A stretch of DNA of 64,000 nucleotides from Anaerolineae bacterium (GTDB lineage: Bacteria > Chloroflexota > Anaerolineae > Fen-1058), in assembly GCA_046328575.1 (NCBI GenBank), contig JAXLWI010000019.1, forward strand, positions 1,153 through 65,152, written 5' to 3'. Of this stretch, positions 19,816-29,287 are shown piece by piece. Below the pieces are notes generated by a model. That model did no database searches. It saw nothing but the letters and a program-made list of their open reading frames with translations, and was not told the DNA's origin. A program made the translations under genes and the position numbers. Numbering within the stretch: the stretch's first letter is position 1; each line of letters starts with the position of its first letter.

Positions 19816-20604
19816 TTACTCTTTGGGGCGCAGCTGCGTGATCAGCGAACGGAGTTGGGCCAAAGCGTTACCGCTCAGCGCCTCCAGCTGATCGAGGTAC
19901 GGGGATACCCGCGCGGGATCTCGATCCAACATCGCCCGCGCTGCTTCGACGGTGAGCGTAATGCTGAAGATGCTTTGATTCACCGAGTCGTGCAATTCAC
20001 GGGCCACCCGATTGCGTTCATGCACCGCCGATAGTTCCTCGGCCTGTACGGCGTAATCCTGCAACTTGGCGTGGGCGGTTTGCAAGTCTTCCACGAGCGC
20101 AGCGCTTTCAGTCCGCGCCACCTCGGCTTGCCATGACAGTCGGCCGAAAGTGATCACGAAGATGCCGACCGCAATCAAGTTGAACAGTACCGACAGTCCA
20201 ATGGCCGCACCCATAGCTGTTATCAAGAACGGAGCGGCGATGATAATCAATAGGCTACACCAGAATATCGCCGTGCGAATCGGAAAGTAGAAGACCGCCT
20301 GTGTGCCAAGTATGACGTAGAGGCTCCACAAAAAATCGAAGTTCGGGGCCAACAGCCCCAGCCATACCACCAGCCCCGTTTCCAGGGCGAAATACAACCC
20401 GCGATAAGGCCGCCAGCGACATGACAGCCGCGGTTCAGTGGCGTACAACAGCAGAAAGATCGCCAACAGCAGCAAGCCCAGCCAAATCCCCGGCGTGCCG
20501 CCATAACTCAACAGCGCGCGCAGCGTCACGATGGCAAACAACGTGTAATGGGTGGCCGCAATCACCCGCTGGCTTTGTGTGCGTTGGCCGGCTGCTTTGA
20601 TCAT
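19816..20604 (-). CDS. truncated sensor histidine kinase paralog (TM region + HisKA_3 dimerisation/phosphoacceptor, no HATPase_c)
   Basis: ATG 20604 overlaps stop of upstream kinase (ATGA); H-box ELHDSVNQSIFSITL then stop after LRPKE; downstream 220 nt non-coding. Confidence 0.6.
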   Translation of the reverse strand: MIKAAGQRTQSQRVIAATHYTLFAIVTLRALLSYGGTPGIWLGLLLLAIFLLLYATEPRLSCRWRPYRGLYFALETGLVVWLGLLAPNFDFLWSLYVILGTQAVFYFPIRTAIFWCSLLIIIAAPFLITAMGAAIGLSVLFNLIAVGIFVITFGRLSWQAEVARTESAALVEDLQTAHAKLQDYAVQAEELSAVHERNRVARELHDSVNQSIFSITLTVEAARAMLDRDPARVSPYLDQLEALSGNALAQLRSLITQLRPKE

Positions 20605-21779
20605 GACGCCATCACCTTCACGCACGTCCCCTGCCCCGGCTGCGAATCAATCGTCAACGTCCAGCCTAACTCACGTGCGCGTTCGGCCATGCTGGCCAGC
20701 CCCATGTGGCCGCGCTGCGGCGTGAGGTCGCTCATCACAAACCCGGCGCCGCGATCGATCACTTCCACACAGGCGGGATGCTGATTCAAGCCTAACTTAA
20801 TCGTGACCTCGCGTGTGTCCGCGTGCTTGATCACGTTGTTCACGGCTTCCTGTACGATGCGATACAGGCCAAGGGTCACAGTCTCTGGCCAGCGACCGTC
20901 ATCGGGGACATCACTTATTTCTAGATGGGCGATCAAACCGTCACGCGCCTGTCGCTCCGCCAGGTAATCACGCAGCGCCGCCACCAGCCCCCGGTCGGCG
21001 ATCGACGCGGGGCGCAGCTGTTTGACGATCGTTTGTATTTCGCGCGACGCGTTCCGCGCCAATTCTGCCACCCGATCGAGCTGGGCGGCGACCCGGCTGA
21101 CGTCCTTGTCGAGCAACATCCGCGCGGCCTGCACGGCCAGCGTCAGGCTAAACACCGTTTGTGTCACCGAATCATGCAGTTCGCGCGCCAACCGGCCGCG
21201 CTCTTGCACAACAGCCAATTCTTCCAACTGCGCGGCCTGATCCTGCAACTGTCGATGCGCCACTTGCAGCTCAGCCAGCAGACGCTGATTCGCCTGCCGC
21301 GCCGCTTCCGCTTGTTGCCGAACATGCGCAATCTGGCCGACGAAAAAGCACACCGCGCCGTAGAGCAGCGTCATCGCGAATCCAGTCGCAGGATCGATGG
21401 CGAAATACACCTGACCCCAGACCCGCGGTCCCAGCGTAAACAAACTCAACATCGCTAACGCGCAGATCGCGATCCATGTAAACCCTACGCGCCGTCCAAA
21501 CAATTCGACTGCTTGCCAACTGAGGGGAATGAACAGGAGTGGAAAGAAATCGTGATGAAGCGGAATTAGTAACAGCGCAGCGACGAGGCCGGATTGCAAA
21601 CCAAGATAGATCAGCGATCGGTTGTGAGAGGTGGTGAACCAGGTCGAGCGGCGCTGACGAACGAGCAACAGCAAGCCATATGCCGCCAGCAACAGCATGA
21701 CCCAACCGCGCGATGAGCGGCCGCTGAAGGTCGCCCACGCCCGAATGACCACCGAAGCGAAAATGAACAGTGTGCCCAT
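20601..21779 (-). CDS. sensor histidine kinase, HisKA_3/NarX-LiaS type
   Basis: TM N-terminus, H-box ELHDSVTQTVFSLTL, HATPase N/G boxes (VQEAVNNVIKHA, DRGAGF, GHMGLASMAER). Confidence 0.85.
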   Translation of the reverse strand: MGTLFIFASVVIRAWATFSGRSSRGWVMLLLAAYGLLLLVRQRRSTWFTTSHNRSLIYLGLQSGLVAALLLIPLHHDFFPLLFIPLSWQAVELFGRRVGFTWIAICALAMLSLFTLGPRVWGQVYFAIDPATGFAMTLLYGAVCFFVGQIAHVRQQAEAARQANQRLLAELQVAHRQLQDQAAQLEELAVVQERGRLARELHDSVTQTVFSLTLAVQAARMLLDKDVSRVAAQLDRVAELARNASREIQTIVKQLRPASIADRGLVAALRDYLAERQARDGLIAHLEISDVPDDGRWPETVTLGLYRIVQEAVNNVIKHADTREVTIKLGLNQHPACVEVIDRGAGFVMSDLTPQRGHMGLASMAERARELGWTLTIDSQPGQGTCVKVMAS

Positions 21780-21782
21780 CGG

Positions 21783-22475
21783 TTAGGCTTTAGTACCCAA
21801 CCCCTTCTTCATGGCATAGATCGCTGCCTGGGTGCGATCTTCACAGTGCAGCTTGCTCAAGATGTTGCTGACGTGCGTCTTCACGGTCTTCTCGCTGATC
21901 GTCAATTTCTGCGCGATCTCGTGATTGTTCAGCCCTTGTGCGATGAGTTGGAGAACTTCTAGTTCGCGACCGGTCAAGTCAGATTCAGCGGGCGACGGTG
22001 TAGCGGCGGGCGCCGCCACTGCCGTCATCAGTTTCTTCGCCGCATCGGGATGCAGTTGCACCTTACCGGCATAAGCCTCGCGCACGGATTGAATCAGTTC
22101 CCGTGGCGGAATGTCTTTCAGCAGATAGCCTTGCGCCCCGGCTCGAATCGCCGGAATGACATGATCATCTTCGCCAAAGCTGGTCAAGATGATGATGCGC
22201 GTCTGAGGGCAAGCCGCGGTGAGATGGGGAATCGCCTCGACGCCGCCCATTTTGGGCATGAGCAGATCGAGCAAAACGATATCGGGCTGAGTGCGTCTGG
22301 CCTGGTCGATTGCTTCCAGTCCGTTGGCTGCTTCGCCCACGATTTCTATATCATCCTGGAGTTCAAGAAAGGTGCGCAAGCCTTGTCGAACGACGGCATG
22401 ATCGTCCACGATCAAGACCGTGATCCGATGCACCGGTATCCGATCGCTCTCGCCTGCTGGCTGCGCTGTGCTCAT
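21783..22475 (-). CDS. NarL/FixJ-family response regulator (REC + LuxR-type HTH)
   Basis: VLIVDDHAVVRQGL..., LTGRELEVLQLIAQGLNNHEIAQKLTISEKTVKTHVSNIL. Confidence 0.9.
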   Translation of the reverse strand: MSTAQPAGESDRIPVHRITVLIVDDHAVVRQGLRTFLELQDDIEIVGEAANGLEAIDQARRTQPDIVLLDLLMPKMGGVEAIPHLTAACPQTRIIILTSFGEDDHVIPAIRAGAQGYLLKDIPPRELIQSVREAYAGKVQLHPDAAKKLMTAVAAPAATPSPAESDLTGRELEVLQLIAQGLNNHEIAQKLTISEKTVKTHVSNILSKLHCEDRTQAAIYAMKKGLGTKA

Positions 22476-22573
22476 GCCGCTCCTTTCACGTTCAGGGTCT
22501 CGTACCGTGATCGACCAGCAAAGTTGCCAACCGTGTTTATCTTACCACGATCGATGCCGATTGTTTTCGCGGC

Positions 22574-22603
22574 CAAAAAGAAAGCCGACTCACCGTCGGC
22601 TCG
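22574..22603 (-). terminator. rho-independent terminator after CBS gene
   Basis: On minus strand GCCGAC-GGTGA-GTCGGC stem-loop followed by TTTCTTTTT. Confidence 0.5.
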
Positions 22604-22630
22604 CTGTCTATCGTCTGCCTTCAACCTATC

Positions 22631-23044
22631 CTAGTCCGGTCCCCAGCCCTTTTCTTCTACACACTGGAAGATGTCGGTATCGCTGACGATGCCGACGAGT
22701 TTGCCTTCCTTCATCACTACCGCGCGGCGGATGTTGGCGTCAAGCATGATGATGGAGCATTGCTTGATCGGAGTATCGGGCGACACGGCGATCAGCGGTG
22801 ACGACATCAAATCGCTGACCGTGACGTTGAGCAGCGGTCGATCGGCAGCGACGATCTTCTTCAACAGATCGCGCTGGGTCATGATCCCGTAGGCCCCCTC
22901 AGGTCGATCGGGTTCGACGACGACACTGTGAACGTGTCTCGAGCGCATTAAATGCAAAGCGTCTTCGGCCGGCATCGATGCGGGTACAGTAATTACTGGC
23001 GAGGTCATGATCTCGCCGACAGTGTACGGTTTCAAACCAGTCAT
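22631..23044 (-). CDS. CBS domain pair protein
   Basis: Two CBS repeats; ATG 23044 with GGGAGGTGA RBS. Confidence 0.8.
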   Translation of the reverse strand: MTGLKPYTVGEIMTSPVITVPASMPAEDALHLMRSRHVHSVVVEPDRPEGAYGIMTQRDLLKKIVAADRPLLNVTVSDLMSSPLIAVSPDTPIKQCSIIMLDANIRRAVVMKEGKLVGIVSDTDIFQCVEEKGWGPD

Positions 23045-23176
23045 GGCGTCACCTCCCAAACGTGCGAGATACTTACATCATAGCCCGCGCAGAGAGGAGT
23101 GTCAATTACCAGGTGATTGACGCGCACGGCGAATAGCCTATACTTGCAGTGTACTTTGCCAAAACAAGGAACTTCA

Positions 23177-23680
23177 ATGCCTGAATATCGCCGCCAGACT
23201 CACACGTACACCCTCGATCAACTTCGGCCAGAACTCGCCCGCGCCATTCGCGAGCATTTCGAAGCCAAGCAGATCACAGAGGAGATCACCGCCTGTTGTG
23301 AAACGATTTCCGACAAAATTGGATCAGCCTGGTATGACTCCCTGCTGGGCGACGAGGCCGTGCCGCTGACCTATCTGGCGTTGGTCCTCACGCCGCAACG
23401 CTTGATCTGGGCTCGCAGTAGCGAACGCAGCACCCCGATCGTTGCTTCAGCGCCCTTCAGCGATCTGTTCGTCAAGGTCGTCCGACCACGCGGCACGCAA
23501 GATTTTGGCCTGCAGCTGAACGTCCGCATGGAAGGTTCGCGCTTCACCGTTAACGGGCAGTTACTGCTAGGGCCAGACCCTGCCGCCGAAAAGTTCTGCG
23601 TCGCACTAGGTGAAGCCATGGGTTTCAACCTACTGGCACCACCGCCCAAGCCGTGGTGGGATCGTTTGTGGAGCCGATAA
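23177..23680 (+). CDS. hypothetical protein
   Basis: ATG 23177 (MPEYRRQ) with AAGGA RBS; no recognised motif. Confidence 0.5.
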   Translation: MPEYRRQTHTYTLDQLRPELARAIREHFEAKQITEEITACCETISDKIGSAWYDSLLGDEAVPLTYLALVLTPQRLIWARSSERSTPIVASAPFSDLFVKVVRPRGTQDFGLQLNVRMEGSRFTVNGQLLLGPDPAAEKFCVALGEAMGFNLLAPPPKPWWDRLWSR

Positions 23681-23686
23681 ACAGAA

Positions 23687-23710
23687 GAGCCGACTGGTTT
23701 AGTCGGCTCT
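23687..23710. terminator. stem-loop between convergent genes (possible bidirectional terminator)
   Basis: GAGCCGACT-ggttt-AGTCGGCTC perfect 9-bp inverted repeat. Confidence 0.45.
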
Positions 23711-23745
23711 CTTACATTCTTTAGATTTCAGTCTTTGAACTTCAC

Positions 23746-26526
23746 TTAGTCAACGCTCTTCGCGCCGCTCGTCATCGCCCGCAGCAACGAATCTTGATCG
23801 ACCGGCAAGCGGCGAATTCGCACACCGACCGCGTTATAGATCGCGTTGGTGATCGCGGGTGTGATCGGGATGCTGCTGATCTCGCCCACGCCCTTCGCGC
23901 CAAACGGCCCCGATGACACTTCGTGTTCAACGATGAACGACTTGATCTCCGGCACATGTTTGATGCTGGGCATCTTGTAGCGCGCCAGCCATTGCGCCCA
24001 CGGCACGCCCTGTTCATGCGGAAATTCTTCCGTCAGCGCATTGCCAAGACCCATCACGATGCCGCCGTCGATCTGACCTTGCAGCGCCAGCGGATTGATC
24101 GCACGGCCCACGTCGTGCGCGGCGATGACCTTCACCACCTTCACTTGCGCCGTGTCCACATCCACTTCCACCAGCGCGGCATGCGTGGCATACGAGAACG
24201 CCACGTGCATATCGCCGCCTTGTCCCAACGGCTTTGTTTCTGGCGCAGTGTACTCGTATGTAAGTTTAGTGGCGCGACCTTCAGCCTCCATCCATTGCAC
24301 CACTTCCGCAAACGACGCCGAGCGACCATCGTATTCGACTTTGCCGTTGCGGAACTTCAATTGATCCGGCGCGGCATCCAAATGCTCGGATGCGACTTGC
24401 GCCATGACTTCACGCATGCTGACCGCGGCGTGGCGCGCGGCATTGCCGCTGACAAACGTTTGCCGCGAGGCCGTCGTCGGGCCGCCGTTAGGCGTGAGAT
24501 CGGTGTCGCTGAGTAGGACCTTTACCTGCTCGATCGGCACGCCCAGTTCTTCGGCTACTACGGCGGCTAGCACGCCCGGCAGCCCTTGTCCGATCTCCGC
24601 CGACGAAGTGCGCACTTCGGCCGTACCGTCGCCGTACACTTCAATCTCGGCGGCCGCGCAATCATCAGCGCCGCCACCGAGGCCGGTATTCTTGTAACCC
24701 ACCGCGATGCCCCACGCATAGCGCTTATTGCCGACTTGCCACGGACGACCGTACACAAATGGTTCGGTGGTGCGCGCGGCTTCATCGGCCTTCATCGCGT
24801 CGACGACCTTATCGAAGCATTCGTCCAGGCCCACCGATTCGCTGAGAATCTGACCCGTGTTCGTGATCGATCCCACGCGTAGCGCATTCATCTTTCGCAA
24901 CTCAAGCGGATCGATCTTTAACGCTTCAGCCAGTTCGTCCACGGTGTTCTCAACCGCGTAACACGACTGTGTCACGCCGAAGCCGCGGAACGCACCGGCC
25001 GGGACGTTGTTGGTGTACATGGCAAAACAATCGGACTTGGCGTTGGGCACATCGTACGGGCCGTTCGCGTGCGTCGTCGCGCGCGTCAACACCTTCTCGC
25101 CCAACGACGCATACGCGCCAGTATCGCCGTACAACTCCGCTTTCGCCGCCACCAAACGACCATCTTTCTTTGCGCCGAGTTTTACCGTAATCGTCGTGGC
25201 ATGCCGCTTGGGATGCACAATCAGCGATTCGTGCCGCGTGTACAGCATCTTCACCGGTCGACCCGTCGCTTTCGCCAACAGCGCCACGTGAATCTGACCC
25301 ATGATGTCTTCTTTGCCGCCGAAGCCACCACCAATCAACGTACCGATGATGCGCACCTGCGATTCCGGCACGCCTAGTGAATAAGCCACTTGCTCGCGAT
25401 CTTGATACGAGATTTGCGAGCCGACATAGATTTCGTAGCGGCCCTCAGGGGTGATGCGGCCAACTGAACATTCCGGCTCAAGGAAGGCGTGCTCCGTCGA
25501 AGCCGTGTGATACTTCCGCTCGATTACAAGATCGGCTTCAGCGAAGCCCTGCTCCACATCGCCCTTCGCGACTTTGATGTGCTTCAACAAGTTGCCTTTT
25601 TCGTGGACTTGCGGTGCATCCGATTGGTGAGCATATTCCGCCGTATCGACTACGGGCAGCGGTTCGTACTCCACCTCGATCAGTTTTAGCGCCGTTTTCG
25701 CGATGTCGAGCGTGTCGGCGGCGACAATCGCCACGGCATCGCCGACGTAGCGGACTTTGTCGTAACACAGCACCGGCCAATCGATGGTGACGAGGCCGTG
25801 ATTCTTGCGCCCCGGCACATCCTCGTGCGTCAATACCGCCTGCACACCGGGCAGTGCCTTCGCTTTGCTCGTGTCGATCTTCTTGATCAACGCGTGCGGA
25901 ATATTCGCGCGCAGCGTCGCGCCCCATAGCATGCCGGGAAAATTCACGTCGTCGGAGTAAATCGCCGCGCCCGTGACTTTCGCCACGGCATCGGCACGCG
26001 GCTTGGCTTGACCGACGACGCTAAGGCCATGCTTCGTCTCCGGCAAATATTCTTCCAGCAAAACTTCCTGCCCGTTCGCCGCTTGGATCGCGTTCTTGAT
26101 CGCCACATAGCCTGTGCAGCGACAATACGAATCTTTGAGCGCGATCTTGATTTCTTCATCGGTGACAGGCTGGCCCTGCTTCTTATCCAGCAGCGCCTTC
26201 GATTGCATGATCAAGCCCGGCGTGCAGAAGCCGCATTGCACCGCGCCAAACTTGATGAAGTTCTCTTGCAACGGATGCAAATGTCCATTAGCCAGGCCTT
26301 CAATCGTCTGGACGCTCGCACCACTGGCGCGCAATGCCGGATACACGCATGAGTTGACCGACTGCCCATTGACGATGACGGTGCAGATGCCGCACTCGGC
26401 TTCGTTGCAGCCGACCTTTGTGCCGGTCAACCCCAATTTGTAGCGCAGCACCTCGGCCAGAAATTCATTCGGCTTCACTTCGACTGAAACGGGTTTCCCG
26501 TTAAGGGTAAAGTCTAGAGTAGGCAT
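23746..26526 (-). CDS. molybdopterin-dependent oxidoreductase, fused 2Fe-2S (CoxS-like) + Moco-binding (CoxL/XdhA-like) subunit
   Basis: N-terminal plant-type and second 2Fe-2S cysteine clusters (CNEAECGICTV, CGFCTPG) followed by aldehyde oxidase/xanthine dehydrogenase a/b hammerhead and Moco domains. Confidence 0.85.
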   Translation of the reverse strand: MPTLDFTLNGKPVSVEVKPNEFLAEVLRYKLGLTGTKVGCNEAECGICTVIVNGQSVNSCVYPALRASGASVQTIEGLANGHLHPLQENFIKFGAVQCGFCTPGLIMQSKALLDKKQGQPVTDEEIKIALKDSYCRCTGYVAIKNAIQAANGQEVLLEEYLPETKHGLSVVGQAKPRADAVAKVTGAAIYSDDVNFPGMLWGATLRANIPHALIKKIDTSKAKALPGVQAVLTHEDVPGRKNHGLVTIDWPVLCYDKVRYVGDAVAIVAADTLDIAKTALKLIEVEYEPLPVVDTAEYAHQSDAPQVHEKGNLLKHIKVAKGDVEQGFAEADLVIERKYHTASTEHAFLEPECSVGRITPEGRYEIYVGSQISYQDREQVAYSLGVPESQVRIIGTLIGGGFGGKEDIMGQIHVALLAKATGRPVKMLYTRHESLIVHPKRHATTITVKLGAKKDGRLVAAKAELYGDTGAYASLGEKVLTRATTHANGPYDVPNAKSDCFAMYTNNVPAGAFRGFGVTQSCYAVENTVDELAEALKIDPLELRKMNALRVGSITNTGQILSESVGLDECFDKVVDAMKADEAARTTEPFVYGRPWQVGNKRYAWGIAVGYKNTGLGGGADDCAAAEIEVYGDGTAEVRTSSAEIGQGLPGVLAAVVAEELGVPIEQVKVLLSDTDLTPNGGPTTASRQTFVSGNAARHAAVSMREVMAQVASEHLDAAPDQLKFRNGKVEYDGRSASFAEVVQWMEAEGRATKLTYEYTAPETKPLGQGGDMHVAFSYATHAALVEVDVDTAQVKVVKVIAAHDVGRAINPLALQGQIDGGIVMGLGNALTEEFPHEQGVPWAQWLARYKMPSIKHVPEIKSFIVEHEVSSGPFGAKGVGEISSIPITPAITNAIYNAVGVRIRRLPVDQDSLLRAMTSGAKSVD

Positions 26527-26546
26527 GTCGTTTCTCTTTCTAACAA

Positions 26547-26571
26547 GTAACGAGTAACGGTTACTCGTTAC
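26547..26571. repeat. perfect palindrome GTAACGAGTAAC-g-GTTACTCGTTAC in the intercistronic gap of the Mo-enzyme operon
   Basis: 12-bp arms, 1-nt centre; partial third copy TCATTACTCG follows. Confidence 0.5.
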
Positions 26572-26581
26572 TCATTACTCG

Positions 26582-27490
26582 CTATTCCACCCGATAAATT
26601 TCCGGCACGACTTCGCCCGTGACGGCCCGCTCGATCGCGCTGCTGAGCGTGCGGCGCAGCAAGACCGGCAACACTTCTTTGCGATATTCAGCCGTCGATC
26701 GATGCGGGCTGGTGCGCGGCTTGCATTCGCCCAACAGCACCGGAATCGCCGCTTCGATTGATTCAGCCGTCGCGGGCTTACCAACTAGGAACGCTTCTGT
26801 CTTCACACAACGGAACGGCGTCGGAGCCACGGGCGCGGTGGCTACCGCCACCCGATCGAACTTGCCATCGATCACGCGCACCTTTACGGACATATTCAAG
26901 ATCGGCAGAGCGACGCCTTGCGGCCGCATGATACGCGACGACGCACTCGCTTCGTGTTCGGCGGTGGCTTTGAAGCGAATGCCTACCAGCACTTCGCGGG
27001 TGCTGTCGATGGCGGACTTGCCAGGTCCTAAAAAGAGCGACGTGAATGGAATCCAGCGGCGGCCGCTATACGCAGCAACTTCGACTTCGGTGTCGAGTGC
27101 GTTGAGGGCGGTAGTTCCATCGGCGGCGGGCAAAGCGTGGGCGACGTTGCCGCCTAATGTGGCGACGTTACGGACTTGCGGTCCGCCCACCACGTAACTC
27201 GCTTCGACTAAGGCCGTAGCTTTGCGATGCAGCAACTGGCTCTCCACGATCTGGTTATGCGTGACGCTGCACCCGATGTAGATCGTGTCGCCGCGTTCAT
27301 CGATCGTGTTGAGGCCCGTCAGGCGGGTTACGTCGACCAGGGCTTCGACGGGATGCTCGTTGCCCTGCTGCAAATCGAGGATGAGGTCGGTGCCGCCTGC
27401 GACTACGCGCGCTTTGCCGTCGTAGCGCGCCAGCAGAGATACGGCGTCTTCAACCGAGGTCGGCAAATGATACTCGTTCCAGAGTGGCAT
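26582..27490 (-). CDS. xanthine dehydrogenase family FAD-binding subunit (CoxM-like)
   Basis: FAD_binding_5 motif VVAGGTDLILDLQQG; ATG 27490 with GAGAGGGA RBS. Confidence 0.8.
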   Translation of the reverse strand: MPLWNEYHLPTSVEDAVSLLARYDGKARVVAGGTDLILDLQQGNEHPVEALVDVTRLTGLNTIDERGDTIYIGCSVTHNQIVESQLLHRKATALVEASYVVGGPQVRNVATLGGNVAHALPAADGTTALNALDTEVEVAAYSGRRWIPFTSLFLGPGKSAIDSTREVLVGIRFKATAEHEASASSRIMRPQGVALPILNMSVKVRVIDGKFDRVAVATAPVAPTPFRCVKTEAFLVGKPATAESIEAAIPVLLGECKPRTSPHRSTAEYRKEVLPVLLRRTLSSAIERAVTGEVVPEIYRVE

Positions 27491-27668
27491 GCGTTCCCTC
27501 TCTATTTGACGTGGCACTTCAGGATCGTTGGTGCTTTTCGACAAGTGAGGATACTTGCCGCCGCTTCACGTCCGACGTGAACCGACCACCGATCGAGGAT
27601 GCAAAAATTATAACACACGTGCGGGCGAACTTGTGAGTTCGCCCGTAGGCAGACACAGGGGGCTGCCC

Positions 27669-29216
27669 CTACGCTTTTTCCTTAACGACGCCCGCCATCA
27701 ACAGGCCGATCTCTTCCGGTGTGGCTTCACCGCGATTGACGATGCCAACAATGCGGCCTTCGAACATCACCGCGATCCGATCGGACAATTCCTGAATCTC
27801 GTCGAGGTCCTCAGAGATCAACATGATGGCTGTGCCCGCGTCCCGCTGCTCCATCAAACGTTGATGAATGTATTCCGTCGCGCCGATGTCCACTCCGCGC
27901 GTTGGCTGCGCGGCAATCAAAATCTTGGGCGAACGAGACAATTCGCGGGCTAGAATCAACTTCTGAATATTGCCGCCCGACAGGTTCTTGATCGGCGTTT
28001 CGAGCGTCGGCGTCTTTACGCTAAATTTGTTGATCAGCATGCGGGCGTGCGCCGACATCTCGGCGAAGTTCAGGAAGATGCCGCGCGTAAACTTAGGCGA
28101 CGCGTGCTCGTGCAAGAAGACGTTCTCCTGCACGCTGAACTCGCGGATCGCACCGTCACGCATGCGCTCTTCCGGCACATACGCCAGCCCGGCCTCGATG
28201 CGCTCACGCAGCGAGACGTGCGTCATATCATGCGTCTCGATCGTGATCAGGCCGCTGGTCACTTTGCGCAACCCGGCCAGACATTGCGCGAGTTCACGCT
28301 GGCCGTTGCCCGAGACACCCGCAATCCCTACGATCTCGCCGCCGCGCACGTCGAGGTTGACGCCGCGCAGCGCCTCCGTGCCGCGATCGCCCATCGCGTG
28401 CAGCGCTTCAATCTTCAAGCGAACGGGGCCGGCGTTCAAAGGCTGCGGCGCCAGCGGCTTTACATCGCGGCCAACCATCATCTTGGCGAGTTCGTTGCGC
28501 GTTGCGCCTTTGGTCGACCGTGAACCGGCCAACTTGCCATCGCGCAAGGCCGTCACGCGATCGCTGATCGCCATGACTTCGTGCAACTTGTGCGAAATAA
28601 AGATCAGCGCGTGGCCTTCATTCGCCATGCGACGCAGCGTGACGAAAAACTCGTCTACTTCCTGTGGCGTCAACACGGCGGTCGGTTCGTCGAGGATGAT
28701 CAGGCTCGCCCCACGATACAGGGCTTTGATAATTTCAACACGTTGCTGTTCGCCGACGGCCAATTGCCACACGTAAGCGGACGGATCGACCTTCAGACCG
28801 TACATCTTTGACAACTCGGCGACGCGTTTGGCGACCACATCCAGATCGAGCCGCGGTTCGCGCGACGACTTCAAACCCAATGCCACATTCTCAGCCACCG
28901 TCAGCGTCGAGACCAGCATGAAGTGCTGATGGATCATGCCGATACCCGCGCGGATCGCGTCTGACGGCGAATGGAACACGACCGGCTTGCCATCGATCAG
29001 GATCTCACCTTCATCGGGCCGGTAGAGGCCGTACAGCTGGCGCATCAACGTGCTTTTGCCCGCGCCATTTTCACCCAATAGCGCATGCACTTCGCCCGAC
29101 TTCACATCGAAAGTGACGTGATCGTTAGCCAGCACGCCCGGAAAGCGTTTGACTATATCGCGCATTTCCAGCTGCTGAATATGCTTGATCGTGGGGGTCG
29201 CCAAGTTAGTGGCCAT
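27669..29216 (-). CDS. ABC transporter ATP-binding protein, duplicated ATPase domains (BMP/CUT2-type importer)
   Basis: Two Walker A ([16 protein letters not shown]), two signature/Walker B sets; ATG 29216. Confidence 0.85.
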   Translation of the reverse strand: MATNLATPTIKHIQQLEMRDIVKRFPGVLANDHVTFDVKSGEVHALLGENGAGKSTLMRQLYGLYRPDEGEILIDGKPVVFHSPSDAIRAGIGMIHQHFMLVSTLTVAENVALGLKSSREPRLDLDVVAKRVAELSKMYGLKVDPSAYVWQLAVGEQQRVEIIKALYRGASLIILDEPTAVLTPQEVDEFFVTLRRMANEGHALIFISHKLHEVMAISDRVTALRDGKLAGSRSTKGATRNELAKMMVGRDVKPLAPQPLNAGPVRLKIEALHAMGDRGTEALRGVNLDVRGGEIVGIAGVSGNGQRELAQCLAGLRKVTSGLITIETHDMTHVSLRERIEAGLAYVPEERMRDGAIREFSVQENVFLHEHASPKFTRGIFLNFAEMSAHARMLINKFSVKTPTLETPIKNLSGGNIQKLILARELSRSPKILIAAQPTRGVDIGATEYIHQRLMEQRDAGTAIMLISEDLDEIQELSDRIAVMFEGRIVGIVNRGEATPEEIGLLMAGVVKEKA

Positions 29217-29239
29217 GAGCAAATCATTCACCACATAGT

Positions 29240-29275
29240 CACAGAGACACGGAGTGTGAACCCCGTGTCTCTGTG
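29240..29275 (-). repeat. intercistronic stem-loop between substrate-binding-protein and ATPase genes
   Basis: CACAGAGACACGG / CCGTGTCTCTGTG perfect 13-bp arms, 10-nt loop. Confidence 0.45.
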
Positions 29276-29287
29276 AGTAGACTAAAC

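Noticed and set aside
23687-23710. Hairpin between convergent genes considered as a riboswitch or attenuator
   Set aside because: Short simple stem-loop located after both stop codons with no upstream conserved structure. Terminator is the simpler explanation.
26547-26571. Palindrome considered as a CRISPR-like or REP repeat array
   Set aside because: Only three dispersed sites, each with a different unit arrangement, with no regular spacing and no spacers. Better described as an operator-like motif family.
27565-27581. TTCACG-tccga-CGTGAA hairpin in the 5' leader of the Mo-enzyme operon, considered as a Moco riboswitch
   Set aside because: Far too short and lacking the multi-stem architecture of the Moco RNA motif. 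Cannot be supported without a covariance-model search.
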